This document shows, piece by piece, positions 17,525-27,230 of a stretch of 64,000 bases of DNA. Each line of letters starts with the position of its first letter. The stretch's first letter is position 1. A model generated the notes under the pieces. It ran no database searches. It was not told the DNA's origin and was given only the letters and a program-made list of their open reading frames with translations. The position numbers and the translations under genes are program-made. Location: IMG/VR virus record IMGVR_UViG_3300010885_076238, positions 62,001 through 126,000 of that record, one strand, 5' to 3'.

Positions 17525-18084
17525 TGGAAAATAGAGTTGAGAAATACAAATTAAACGCAAAAAAAGCCTTTGAGTTTGCCGGGGGTTTTAGAGAAGTAAT
17601 TCCCGGTAGAGACAGAACCAGAAGAATTTATGGGAAAAAAGCTGGAAGGCCAGAATATACCAAGAAGATAGAGCTTAATTCAGAGGAGCAACTTGTTTTA
17701 TTGTTGGACTTAGAATACGCCTATCGTTATTCTGTAAAATTAATGGGCAAGAGACTTGCCGAAGAGGTTGAGGAAAAGTTTTTATCTCAAGCTGAAACTG
17801 TATTGGATGTTAAATACGCCATAGAATATTGCAATCGTTTTGAAATTGCTCTTCCTTCTTGTTTGCACAACAGAATATTAATGCACTCAGCTGTGCCAGT
17901 TGATAAAAAAGGAATGGCTTGGAGAGAAAGATATCAAATTGAAAGATCAGAAAGAAGGCAAAAAAAATATTTAGTTAAATTTCAAGAACAAAGAAAATCT
18001 TTCAAGATTATTTTAGAGGGAATAATTAAAGAAAATAATCTACATGAAAGCAATACTATAAAAGATTTACTTGATTCGATTTAG
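17521..18084 (+). CDS. LP-HN-M family protein
   Basis: KYKLNAKKAFEFA, ALPSCLHNRIL, terminal TIKDLLDSI. Confidence 0.75.
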   Translation: MMENRVEKYKLNAKKAFEFAGGFREVIPGRDRTRRIYGKKAGRPEYTKKIELNSEEQLVLLLDLEYAYRYSVKLMGKRLAEEVEEKFLSQAETVLDVKYAIEYCNRFEIALPSCLHNRILMHSAVPVDKKGMAWRERYQIERSERRQKKYLVKFQEQRKSFKIILEGIIKENNLHESNTIKDLLDSI

Positions 18085-18105
18085 CATTAATTTAGAAAGA
18101 AATTT

Positions 18106-18381
18106 ATGGACATTTCAGAATTAGATACTTCAAAGTTCACTCAGGTTTGTTCCGGGTATGTTTTGCGATGCATAAAAAATAATAGTTACGCATCACTTGG
18201 AGAAATTAAGAAAGTTGACAAGAACACAGAGGCGTTCTATAGTATGATGGTTGGCAATGAATACTTTGAAATCGTCTCAAAAGGCGAAAAACATACGCAA
18301 AGAGCCTTGAAAGATGCTTTCGTGATAGGAAATGACAAAATGAATGATGATTTCAAGAACGCTTTGATTAGAGGTTGCTAA
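18106..18381 (+). CDS. hypothetical protein
   Basis: Operon ORF. Confidence 0.65.
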   Translation: MDISELDTSKFTQVCSGYVLRCIKNNSYASLGEIKKVDKNTEAFYSMMVGNEYFEIVSKGEKHTQRALKDAFVIGNDKMNDDFKNALIRGC

Positions 18382-18382
18382 A

Positions 18383-18661
18383 ATGGACAGGCACTCAACA
18401 TTATTTAATGTTTTGAAAATTTTGCCAACTGATTATGAAGCATATGGTGGGCAAATTATAAGATGGGAAGATTCTGAAAAAAACTACCCAGACTGTTCTG
18501 GTGGGTGTAAACATTTTGTTCCTCTTGATGGCGACTTAAAATTTGATTGGGGCGTTTGTGCTAATAAAAAATCTCCAAGGGCTGGACTATTAACTTGGGA
18601 ACACCAAGCTGGCGTGGATTGTTTCGAGAAAGAGGAAGAAAATGAAGAAAATTACAATTAA
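18383..18661 (+). CDS. DUF3027-like Cys-rich protein
   Basis: CSGGCKHFVPL...DWGVCANKKSPRAGLLTWEH. Confidence 0.65.
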   Translation: MDRHSTLFNVLKILPTDYEAYGGQIIRWEDSEKNYPDCSGGCKHFVPLDGDLKFDWGVCANKKSPRAGLLTWEHQAGVDCFEKEEENEENYN

Positions 18662-19001
18662 AGACTGTTTTGAAGCAATTAAATATAAAATAAATGATGG
18701 TGCAGAGTATCTCTGGACTTGTTACGGCAAAAATGCCTATATCTTAGACAGTCTAAATTCAAAGGGTTCTGTCGCATTTATTTTCGATAAAAAAGACCAG
18801 ACTATTTATGAACTTTCCGTTTGTGATTATGTAAAAAATACCGCTTATAAATGGGTAAATCCTAGTTTTATAGAAAAAAATAGGAAAGAAATGAAAAAAA
18901 GAGGGTTTTCTGAAGATCAAGCATGGGATTCTATTAATTACCAACCAACAGATATTGAAAAAATAATTAAACTTACCAAGGCTATTGCTAATAGAAAATG
19001 A
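18642..19001 (+). CDS. hypothetical phage protein
   Basis: YLWTCYGKNAY...FDKKDQTIYE...AYKWVNP. Confidence 0.7.
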   Translation: MKKITIKDCFEAIKYKINDGAEYLWTCYGKNAYILDSLNSKGSVAFIFDKKDQTIYELSVCDYVKNTAYKWVNPSFIEKNRKEMKKRGFSEDQAWDSINYQPTDIEKIIKLTKAIANRK

Positions 19002-19255
19002 ATTACTATAATAACTGCATGAAATCCACAGCAAATTGTAAAAAACTTGAAAATCTTCCGTTTTCCGAGAATGAAATTCTTAATATTTTAAGAATTGCAG
19101 ATGTTGCTTTGGCAGACGAAAACTTAGAAAAAGAAGTTTGTAATTGGCTTAATGTTCTACATGAGCCAATTGCTCTTGAAAATTTAGAGGATTTGCATAA
19201 AAAAGTTAATATTTATTTGCAAACAATAAATAGTAAGTATGAATATAAAAGATGA
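18998..19255 (+). CDS. hypothetical protein
   Basis: ATGA-coupled ORF. Confidence 0.55.
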   Translation: MNYYNNCMKSTANCKKLENLPFSENEILNILRIADVALADENLEKEVCNWLNVLHEPIALENLEDLHKKVNIYLQTINSKYEYKR

Positions 19256-19394
19256 TGGCAGTGGCGGCTCACTGATAAATGAATTAAAAGGAAAAATTAC
19301 AAATTGGGTAAGCACAGAAGTGCCCAATGCAATCAATAATTCAATTGAAAATTCAGAAATAACAAAAAGTATGAAAATTTCTGCCGAGTTTGAA

Positions 19395-19419
19395 AATAAT
19401 AAAAAATAAAGCTCGTTAT
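19395..19419 (+). promoter_or_regulatory. phage promoter motif, leaderless class
   Basis: AATAAT-N13-CGTTAT, 6 nt, then ATG 19426; no SD. Confidence 0.75.
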
Positions 19420-19425
19420 AGCCTT

Positions 19426-20466
19426 ATGAAGCTATTTATTGAAACTCTTGAAGCACGAACCGTTTTGTCTGTAGTGTTTTTTGATAAAGAAACCAAAGCA
19501 GCGGTGGCAAATGCTTATAAAGACAAAATTATTTCAAGAGATGAGCTTGTTTCTATTTTTAGGCAGACCACCGATCAGAACACAATCACCGCCAATGAAC
19601 TATCAGATTTGAGAAAAGTTACGACGTTGAGAATGCCAGAGCATGTTCGATACTTGGCTAAAGATGTCGTTTTTGCGAATATTGCAAATGCAAAGTTTCA
19701 AGGCAATACTTTGGGCAACTTGACGGCAAATTCTCCCGCTCAAAAGATTAATAATCTTATAGATAAATGGTTTTATGGAAAAGACCGTCCAGCCTTGCCT
19801 AACAATCTATCATATAAAGAAAGCAAATTGCCTTTATTCGACAATGGAGCGACAAGCACGGATGTTATTCAAGGTCAACTTGGAGATTGTTATTTATTGG
19901 CATCATTAGCCTCTGTTGCAGATAAATTAGGCATAAGAACTTCGTTTATCGACAATGGCGACAGAACATGGACGATTAGGCTTTATGATTTGAATGGCAT
20001 ACGCAAGGTGGATTATATCACCGTTGACAGTTACCTTCCGGTTGATGCGAATGGGTCATCCATTTATGCAAATTTTGATAAAGAATTATGGGTTGCACTA
20101 ATCGAAAAAGCATATGCACAATATAATGAAACGGGTGGCACATGGCATTTAGAAAAGTCAAATAGTTATCAAGCAATAGTGGGTGGCTATCCTGTTCTTG
20201 CACTAGAAAGCATAACGGGAGTGCCTACTAAATGTAATTTTTTCTCTGATGCTATGGCTCAAACAACATTGAACAAATCACTTTATCGCGGCGATGCTGT
20301 TGTTTTATCTGCCCCAGTTAAAGATAAAGATGTTTCTCATTCTTATTATGTAAAATCCTATTTAAATGGCTTGTATTATTTGTATAATCCTTGGGGCTTT
20401 AGTCATTTAGAAGTTACTTGGGATCAATTGAAAACAAACATAAACTTTGTTATAGAGGCAAAATGA
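19426..20466 (+). CDS. calpain-like (peptidase C2) cysteine protease with planctomycete-type LExRxVLS N-terminal motif
   Basis: QGQLGDCYLLA (Cys), LWVALIEKAYA, SHSY (His), YNPWG (Asn); N-terminus MKLFIETLEARTVLS. Confidence 0.88.
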   Translation: MKLFIETLEARTVLSVVFFDKETKAAVANAYKDKIISRDELVSIFRQTTDQNTITANELSDLRKVTTLRMPEHVRYLAKDVVFANIANAKFQGNTLGNLTANSPAQKINNLIDKWFYGKDRPALPNNLSYKESKLPLFDNGATSTDVIQGQLGDCYLLASLASVADKLGIRTSFIDNGDRTWTIRLYDLNGIRKVDYITVDSYLPVDANGSSIYANFDKELWVALIEKAYAQYNETGGTWHLEKSNSYQAIVGGYPVLALESITGVPTKCNFFSDAMAQTTLNKSLYRGDAVVLSAPVKDKDVSHSYYVKSYLNGLYYLYNPWGFSHLEVTWDQLKTNINFVIEAK

Positions 20467-20822
20467 CTCCTTTTTTAGCTTATCAAAAAATCGTTCTTGC
20501 AATGAACAACCTTCATGACAAAAGCGATAAATTCGCCAAAAGAATAAATAAAAAATCGAAAAAGTATAAATATTTTCGCATTCCAGAGTACGAAAAGTTT
20601 TTAATAAATGACGTTAAATTTTCTTATTATTATGCTAGGGATGTGGTGCATGGAAAATTGCCAGAGGACATGCACAATTTAATGCTTTGTGAAGCATTAG
20701 CTAATTCAAATAACGCTTATGTTAAAAACTATTTTGAAATTTGTAAAGGAAATTTTCCAATCACGAATCAAAATCTTGGCTTGAACTCATTGAAAATGGA
20801 AAGACAACTTTATGGAACATAA
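20463..20822 (+). CDS. short LP-HN-M family protein
   Basis: YYARDVVHGKLPEDMHNLML. Confidence 0.75.
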   Translation: MTPFLAYQKIVLAMNNLHDKSDKFAKRINKKSKKYKYFRIPEYEKFLINDVKFSYYYARDVVHGKLPEDMHNLMLCEALANSNNAYVKNYFEICKGNFPITNQNLGLNSLKMERQLYGT

Positions 20823-21630
20823 AATAATTACGCATGATGGCAAGGCTCATCAAGACGATTTTCTAGGAACTTGCGTTTGTATTTTTAAATTGAACGCACC
20901 TGCATTTAGAAAAAAATTTACATCTGAAGAGTTGTCTGATCCTAGTTGTTGGATTTTAGACCAAGGAAGAAGTTTTGAATCAGAGCTTCATAATTTTGAC
21001 CATCATCAATTAGAAGAAGAGATTTGTGCTTTTACAATGGTTTTAGACCATTTTTATGGCAAAGAATATAGAAAATTTTTACCACAACTTAAATACGTTG
21101 AAATATTTGATAGTTACGGCCCCTCTGCTGCCGCCAAGTTCGCAGAAATGCCAGTAGATAGTATTGAAATTATTTCTTCTCCTGTTCACACTTCAATGAT
21201 GAGAGTTTTTTCTAAAATAGATGGAGAAATATTAAATCCAATTTATTCGGTAATGAAAGAAATTGGAAGGGATATTTGCGAACAAATAGAAAATGTTGAT
21301 TTGTTTTTCAAAATTCTTGGAGACTCAAGATTTTTTGATTATAACGGAATTAAAATTTTTGATGTGACACAGTGCGAGATGCCACAAGGATTTAAGCACG
21401 ATCAACTTCCAACTAAAATGTTTTGTAAAACAAGAGGGCTAGAGCCTCAACTAATTCTTACAAAAGATTCAAGGCAAAATGGATTTAGACTTGTTAGCAT
21501 TAATACAAATTCTATCAAGTTCTTACAGAATGAGTTGTCTTATTTTACTCACAACAGTGGTTTTTTGACTAACTTTTTTAAATACGAAGACTATAGAAAA
21601 ATAATAGATAATTATGTCGAAAAATTCTGA
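20812..21630 (+). CDS. MYG1-like (DHH-type) nuclease/hydrolase
   Basis: IITHDGKAHQDD, ILDQG, NFDHHQ. Confidence 0.75.
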   Translation: MEHKIITHDGKAHQDDFLGTCVCIFKLNAPAFRKKFTSEELSDPSCWILDQGRSFESELHNFDHHQLEEEICAFTMVLDHFYGKEYRKFLPQLKYVEIFDSYGPSAAAKFAEMPVDSIEIISSPVHTSMMRVFSKIDGEILNPIYSVMKEIGRDICEQIENVDLFFKILGDSRFFDYNGIKIFDVTQCEMPQGFKHDQLPTKMFCKTRGLEPQLILTKDSRQNGFRLVSINTNSIKFLQNELSYFTHNSGFLTNFFKYEDYRKIIDNYVEKF

Positions 21631-22042
21631 GGAAAACAGAGAAAAAATTAACTTCGCTATAGGTTCTATTGAAAAGCTTCTTGAGGAAGCTATAGACAAA
21701 TGTTTTTATAGAGATCTTAATTCTTTTTGCTCTCTGAGTAGGCTAACCGTATCAGATACTTTTTTGAGCCAAGAGCCAACAAAAATTAAAACTTACCTAT
21801 TTGATTTTGTCGATAAAATAAAAAATAAATATGAAAAAGTAGTTCGCACAAATGGAGAAAGAGATATTTTCGCTGATTTTTGCGAAATTATAAATACATT
21901 ATTTCCTTTTGTTTTTCCAATAAATTTGGAAGAATTTCAATTTAGGAAATTAATGGAAAAGACTTTTTTAGATAAAAAAATTAATAAAATGCCGTACTTA
22001 AATAAAGACGAATTTAAAAATAAAGATATCAAAAAATATTAG
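21614..22042 (+). CDS. hypothetical protein
   Basis: Overlapping operon ORF. Confidence 0.65.
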   Translation: MSKNSEENREKINFAIGSIEKLLEEAIDKCFYRDLNSFCSLSRLTVSDTFLSQEPTKIKTYLFDFVDKIKNKYEKVVRTNGERDIFADFCEIINTLFPFVFPINLEEFQFRKLMEKTFLDKKINKMPYLNKDEFKNKDIKKY

Positions 22043-22052
22043 GAGAACTAAC

Positions 22053-22412
22053 TTGTACAAGGTAAGATTTCATTTGGGACGAGGTCAAAATTACAAAAAG
22101 TGGCAAGTCTCCTCCTTAGATGGAGCGGCAGTATACTTCGATCCAGAAACAACAAAACTAAAACTGATTAATTGCAAGCTTAAGAATAATAAAAATATTT
22201 CTAGAAAAATATTTGAAGGCCAAAATAAAATGGTTTGTGCTTGGGTTGAGTGCGAAGAAATTCAAATAAACCCAAATTCAAATACTATTAAAAACAAAAT
22301 ATCTTACAATCCTAAAAAAGCTCCTTATTGGTGCGACGAAAGCGGGGCAGATATTGACAATCAAAAATTTGATATGATTTTTAGTGAAGGCAACGCTTTG
22401 TATATGGGCTAA
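22053..22412 (+). CDS. hypothetical phage protein
   Basis: YKVRFHLGRG...VCAWVECE; AGGAG before TTG. Confidence 0.75.
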   Translation: MYKVRFHLGRGQNYKKWQVSSLDGAAVYFDPETTKLKLINCKLKNNKNISRKIFEGQNKMVCAWVECEEIQINPNSNTIKNKISYNPKKAPYWCDESGADIDNQKFDMIFSEGNALYMG

Positions 22413-22437
22413 AATAATAATTTCTCTTAGACGTTAT
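22413..22437 (+). promoter_or_regulatory. phage promoter motif AATAAT-N13-CGTTAT
   Basis: Exact consensus, AGGAG 6 nt downstream. Confidence 0.75.
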
Positions 22438-22457
22438 GATTCTAGGAGAAAAATGAA

Positions 22458-22913
22458 GTGAATACAGAAAAGCTACTCATTAGAGGGGAAGAACATGAGA
22501 TTGAAGTCAAGCCTATAAATCTGATCTTCAATTCCTCAGTTGATGAGTCCGTTTATTTAGATCGGATTATGATAACTCCTGATATGACCTTGGAGCATTT
22601 CAAATCTCTCAAGGAAGTAGACCCATACTCAGCGAGATTTTTTAAGATAGTCGTTCCAGATTTTCCATATGAAATTACTAAAGAAAAATTAGAAGGATGT
22701 TCTTTAGCCTTTCAGCATATCATTGGACTTTTTTCTTTGAGTTTTGTTTTATTGTCTCAAAACATAAAGTTTGGATGGAAATATCCAGAGTCATTTCTTC
22801 ATCCAAAATATCAAGGAAATATTGCTGACGCACTAATAGCTTTCTCAGATAAAGAAAAGTTTATTAGAATTATTACAGAAGTCAAAGAAGAACTCTTAAA
22901 AAAGGGCAAATAA
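22458..22913 (+). CDS. hypothetical protein resembling an ABC/OLD ATPase C-terminal fragment
   Basis: YPESFLHPKYQ resembles the EPExxLHPxxQ D-loop; no Walker A. Confidence 0.45.
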   Translation: MNTEKLLIRGEEHEIEVKPINLIFNSSVDESVYLDRIMITPDMTLEHFKSLKEVDPYSARFFKIVVPDFPYEITKEKLEGCSLAFQHIIGLFSLSFVLLSQNIKFGWKYPESFLHPKYQGNIADALIAFSDKEKFIRIITEVKEELLKKGK

Positions 22914-22916
22914 TTT

Positions 22917-23276
22917 ATGAAAGAAAAGCCTTTAATTTTTATCGATAAGATAGAAAAAATAGAGTTTTTTGATGTTTTAGTTGAAGATATTCATTCTGCT
23001 GGAGAAAAATCAAATCATCATTGTTTAGAGGGTAGTTCTAAATTAACCTACCATGAAGTTTGGGAGTGGATAAGTCGAGGTGGAGATTGGAGCTTCATCG
23101 TGACAGAGCATAACAACCCAGAGAAAGTTTTCATGCGTGGCTCTGCATATGAAGATATGGACGCTGCAAGAAAAGGGGAACACCAACTATCGTTGGGACA
23201 GGTAACAGATGCGGAACTTTCTGATCTGCAAAAATTATTACATAGAAAAAGAAAAGAACAATACGGAATCAAATAA
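22917..23276 (+). CDS. hypothetical protein
   Basis: Operon ORF. Confidence 0.65.
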   Translation: MKEKPLIFIDKIEKIEFFDVLVEDIHSAGEKSNHHCLEGSSKLTYHEVWEWISRGGDWSFIVTEHNNPEKVFMRGSAYEDMDAARKGEHQLSLGQVTDAELSDLQKLLHRKRKEQYGIK

Positions 23277-23316
23277 TAAAAAATCAACATCGTTATGTAA
23301 TTGAGGGAAATTTAAA

Positions 23317-24438
23317 ATGTCTAAACCAAAAGAAATAGTAAAAAGTGCGATGGATGGTAAGCTTCTTACAAAAGAAGAAAAGTCCATAGTTGCATCTAAT
23401 GCTCAATGCTCAAAAATCTATGCAGAAAAGGTTTTGCAAGAAAGATTTATTGAGGGCGAAGAAGTAATTAAAACTAGTGCTTCTCAAACCTACCTTTATG
23501 CAAAAGACGTTATAAAAGGAAGGTGGAAAGAAGGGGAAGACACTCTATCTAAAGATGCCCATTACGCAGTAAAATATGCTGCAAATGTTTTATTTGGAAG
23601 ATTTCCAAAAGGCGAAAATGAAATTGCAAAAAATCCTAAGGCGGCATATCAATACGCAGTGGCAAGGAGTGCGAGATTTGAAAAAGCAGAACAAAAAATG
23701 ATAGAAGAACTTCCGGCCATGGATTTGGTTGAATATAGCTTAAGTATTATCGGAGATAGATGGCCGGAAGCAGAAGAAAAGATATTAAAATCTTCGCGTC
23801 GTTCTGAGTCTTCCGTCGCCTTCGCTGAGACAATCGTCTATAGTCCATCTACTTCTTCCTATAGCTCTCCGGCGTGTCATTATGCTTGTGGGCATGAATT
23901 CAAATGGAAAGAAGCTGAGTCCGAAATCTTAAAGAATCCTGTGGAGTCTTCTCAATATGCAATTAACGCCTTAAAAGGAAGGTGGGAAGAAGGAGAAGAA
24001 ATTATTTCTACTTGTGGGTCTTCCTCTCTTACTTATGCTTTGTATTTAGAACAAGAGTTTGAAAAAGGAGAGGACGCAATAATCAATTTGATTGCAGAAG
24101 AAAACTCTTGGAGTTCTAATCACCTTATAAATAATTATGTTGGTCGAGTTTTACATGGGAAAAGATGGCTGAAGTTTGAAAGCTTTATCGATAAAGCAAA
24201 TATTGATGATGAAAAATTAACTACGCTAATACAATACTATAGCGATAATGTTAACGCAAAGCTGCCCGACTTCATTCACAATAGAATGATTGCCGCCGCT
24301 ATAAGCAACCCAGAAGATTGGGGCATTCGCAAATATTTCGATTCATTGGAAGAAAGAGAAGATAACGAAAAATTGCTTTTGGTCAAAAGATTTAGTTTAG
24401 ATCAACTTAGGGAAATATTGAGTTCAGTAAATGATTGA
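23317..24438 (+). CDS. 26-aa helical-repeat protein, LP-HN-M family
   Basis: Multiple YAxxVIKGRWxEGE units; AKLPDFIHNRMIAAA; promoter at 23272-23296. Confidence 0.85.
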   Translation: MSKPKEIVKSAMDGKLLTKEEKSIVASNAQCSKIYAEKVLQERFIEGEEVIKTSASQTYLYAKDVIKGRWKEGEDTLSKDAHYAVKYAANVLFGRFPKGENEIAKNPKAAYQYAVARSARFEKAEQKMIEELPAMDLVEYSLSIIGDRWPEAEEKILKSSRRSESSVAFAETIVYSPSTSSYSSPACHYACGHEFKWKEAESEILKNPVESSQYAINALKGRWEEGEEIISTCGSSSLTYALYLEQEFEKGEDAIINLIAEENSWSSNHLINNYVGRVLHGKRWLKFESFIDKANIDDEKLTTLIQYYSDNVNAKLPDFIHNRMIAAAISNPEDWGIRKYFDSLEEREDNEKLLLVKRFSLDQLREILSSVND

Positions 24439-24907
24439 AAACATTACAAAAGAGTGGAAAACCGAGACTGGCTTGGTTGCAAGGGTCATTCAACACCCTC
24501 TTTTATATCATTTTTGTGGTTATGTAGGACTTGATAAGGGTTCTGGTTTTTATGAACTGGACTATGCCAAAATAGAAAACCGCATATATGTTCATGGAGG
24601 CGTAACATTCACAGGAACCTTTAAAGACTCTGCTTTATGGTGGATTGGTTATGACTGTGCGCACTCTTGCGACTTTAGTAAGTATAATCCAAGTGGCGTA
24701 AAAAGAGACTTGAATTTTTGTGTGGATGAGTGCGAATATTTAGCGAAACAAATTTTTCAAACTCCTATTGACTACTATTTTTTAGCTAAGAGAATAGGAA
24801 GACTACCGGAAGACCTTCACAATAAAATGATTGCTTGGGCAATTGAGAATCCTAATGATGAAATAATTAAGGAGTATTTTGAAAATTATGGAATGCCACT
24901 TCTTTGA
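24431..24907 (+). CDS. phage protein (CGYV/VHGG/WWIGYDCAH domain) with appended LP-HN-M motif
   Basis: N-domain unrelated to the repeats; C-terminal GRLPEDLHNKMIAWA. Confidence 0.75.
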   Translation: MIENITKEWKTETGLVARVIQHPLLYHFCGYVGLDKGSGFYELDYAKIENRIYVHGGVTFTGTFKDSALWWIGYDCAHSCDFSKYNPSGVKRDLNFCVDECEYLAKQIFQTPIDYYFLAKRIGRLPEDLHNKMIAWAIENPNDEIIKEYFENYGMPLL

Positions 24908-25139
24908 ATGCCATTGTCACAGCCCAGAACACACTTTGGTTTTTCATCTTTTTGATGATGATCCAAAAATGCTTTACGCCCATGTGTTTTTGAATCCAGA
25001 TACTTTTTTTAAGAGAATTTGGAATTCAATTAAATATATTTTTGGATATAAATGTGTGTATGGTCATTTCGATGAATTTATTTTCAATCCAAAAGATGCT
25101 CAAAAATTAATAAATTTATTAGAACAAATAAAGGAATGA
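24888..25139 (+). CDS. hypothetical protein
   Basis: CHCHSPEH metal-binding-like N-terminus. Confidence 0.65.
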   Translation: MECHFFECHCHSPEHTLVFHLFDDDPKMLYAHVFLNPDTFFKRIWNSIKYIFGYKCVYGHFDEFIFNPKDAQKLINLLEQIKE

Positions 25140-25145
25140 CTTAAA

Positions 25146-25493
25146 ATGATCACCGAATTTAGACTGCCCTATCACGGAACCTATGTCCGTGAGATCAAAT
25201 ACTCTGTTCAGGTCATGTGCTTGCCAGAAAACAGCAACGACCTTATCGTCGCTCTCCTACGCCGCTGCTACCCTGAGATCACCGAAGAAGCGATCAACGA
25301 ACTCGCCTACAAGAACAAGGCGTTCACAATCTTCGGAACGATCAAGATTTTCAACGGCGGGCCAATGTACGCAGTTCTCTACCGTCACGATGAGAAGTGG
25401 TTCATCTACTACGTTCCACAATCCATTCGCAACTCAAAAAGCTTCACGGATCACGACATTCCGAAGAATATTCCTTGCTTCATGGGTTTCTGA
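25146..25493 (+). CDS. hypothetical protein, GC-rich relative to flanks
   Basis: C/G-ending codons dominate, unlike neighbours. Confidence 0.7.
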   Translation: MITEFRLPYHGTYVREIKYSVQVMCLPENSNDLIVALLRRCYPEITEEAINELAYKNKAFTIFGTIKIFNGGPMYAVLYRHDEKWFIYYVPQSIRNSKSFTDHDIPKNIPCFMGF

Positions 25494-25545
25494 GGAAGTC
25501 AACAAATTACTTAAAATAATAATAAATTAGAGTCGTTATCTGATT

Positions 25546-26511
25546 ATGAACATGAACTCAAAAATAATTTCGATAATCAATCACGCTCAGTATTCTGATC
25601 GGGATGCTTGGGAAAAAGCTATAAGCGGAAACAAAGATTTTTTTGAACGAGAATTTATAGCAAAAAGTGCTCACATTTCTTTTGATTATGCCAAATCACT
25701 TGGAGAAAGATTTTCTCTTGGTGAAAAAGTGATTAGCGAAAGTGCAGAAAAAAGCTATAGATATGCCAAAGAAGTTTTGCTATCTAGGTTTGAATTAGGC
25801 GAGGAAAAAGTTCAAAAAGATATTGAATATTGTTACAGATATGCAAAAGATGTTATAAAAAATAGGTGGGAGCCAGCAGAAAAAAATCTCTTGAACTTAA
25901 AGTCATCGGAAGCAAATGAATTTTTAGTTTCCTATGCAATTAATATAATCAAAAGCCAATGGCCCGAGGCAGAGGAAAGAATCAAAAGTATTGAGCCTTA
26001 CCGAATTCACGATTATTGTGTAAATGCTCGAAAAAGCAGATGGGAAGAAGTAGAGCCTCAAATTTTGAACATGAGTGCAACTTCAATTATTGATTATTGT
26101 AAAAACTGCGTAAAAGGACGATGGGAAAAGGCCGAGGAAAAAATTCTAAAGTCTAAACCAACACATAATTTTATTGTTGATTATGCAAAGGAAGTTGTGT
26201 GCGGTCGATGGGTTGAGGGAGAAAAAGAAATGTTGACCGATAAAAAGGTCGCCATTAAAATTAAATATTGCGATGAAGTTCTTGAAGGAAGATGGAAAGA
26301 ATTAGAAGATATTTTATTTGAAAAAGAAAGTACCCAAAGATTATATCAATACGCAAAAGATGTAATAAAAGGGAAGCTGCCTGAGATTCTTCATAATAAA
26401 ATGCTTATGATAGCAATGCTCAAAAAAGACGATTGGACGAACAAGTATTTGAAAGCCAAAAAATACAAGATTGAAAAGAAACTAAAACTTTACGAGACCA
26501 ACAATGCCTAA
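25546..26511 (+). CDS. 26-aa helical-repeat protein, LP-HN-M family
   Basis: About 10 units; KGKLPEILHNKML; leaderless promoter at 25515-25539. Confidence 0.85.
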   Translation: MNMNSKIISIINHAQYSDRDAWEKAISGNKDFFEREFIAKSAHISFDYAKSLGERFSLGEKVISESAEKSYRYAKEVLLSRFELGEEKVQKDIEYCYRYAKDVIKNRWEPAEKNLLNLKSSEANEFLVSYAINIIKSQWPEAEERIKSIEPYRIHDYCVNARKSRWEEVEPQILNMSATSIIDYCKNCVKGRWEKAEEKILKSKPTHNFIVDYAKEVVCGRWVEGEKEMLTDKKVAIKIKYCDEVLEGRWKELEDILFEKESTQRLYQYAKDVIKGKLPEILHNKMLMIAMLKKDDWTNKYLKAKKYKIEKKLKLYETNNA

Positions 26512-27037
26512 AGACAAAAGCAAACTGCCCCTTCCGATTCTTTATGAATTTCTTGTGACTGCAACAAATAACAATGGCTTTCTTTATTATAATCTAAGGA
26601 CTGCTCTGAAGTCTAGATTTAATTTAGACACAGAAGCCAAAGCGGAAGAAAAGTACGAAGAATTGAAGAGTGATTTCGACAAAGACCCAGACAAGTATTT
26701 CTTGCAGCTTTTAAAAAGTAAAAATGTAACTTCAAATTGGCTTGAAAAAAAAAGAATTAGATTTACTGAAAACGTAGAAAAGCAATTTTTTGAAAAATAT
26801 AAAGATACCCCTTTGTATTTTAGATATTGTGAAATTTTCAATATTATTGTCGGCAATTACGAACAAGTTGTGACCGAGGTTGCATTGGGCTGCGAAGTTT
26901 CTTATAATAAAAAGCGTTACTTAGAAACCTTGTTGAAGAGAAGAAAAATGATGAAAGAATGGATTAATGAATTTTTGTCGCACAAGACAGAGATCACACA
27001 GGACGATTCTATCAAAACGTTATTGGAAAATTTATGA
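26504..27037 (+). CDS. divergent member of the LP-HN-M family
   Basis: C-terminal half aligns by eye with the 52734 C-terminus (YC..F...V.EVAL...K.L...[S/T][I/V]..L...[L/I]). Confidence 0.6.
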   Translation: MPKDKSKLPLPILYEFLVTATNNNGFLYYNLRTALKSRFNLDTEAKAEEKYEELKSDFDKDPDKYFLQLLKSKNVTSNWLEKKRIRFTENVEKQFFEKYKDTPLYFRYCEIFNIIVGNYEQVVTEVALGCEVSYNKKRYLETLLKRRKMMKEWINEFLSHKTEITQDDSIKTLLENL

Positions 27038-27222
27038 GTCAAGAAGAAGTCGAAAGCCTTAAGATGCAGCTTGAAGAACTAAAAAATAGTTTCAAGGTTG
27101 TTGCGTATGCAAAAACAAATGAGCATGGGGATTTGTTTGATCTTAGATTACAGAACAACCCGTACAACGATCAGAAAACTATTGTACCGCTTTTCAGACT
27201 AATTGATTCCGTTAATAATTAA
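27034..27222 (+). CDS. hypothetical protein
   Basis: ATGA-coupled. Confidence 0.6.
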   Translation: MSQEEVESLKMQLEELKNSFKVVAYAKTNEHGDLFDLRLQNNPYNDQKTIVPLFRLIDSVNN

Positions 27223-27230
27223 GGTAAGAA

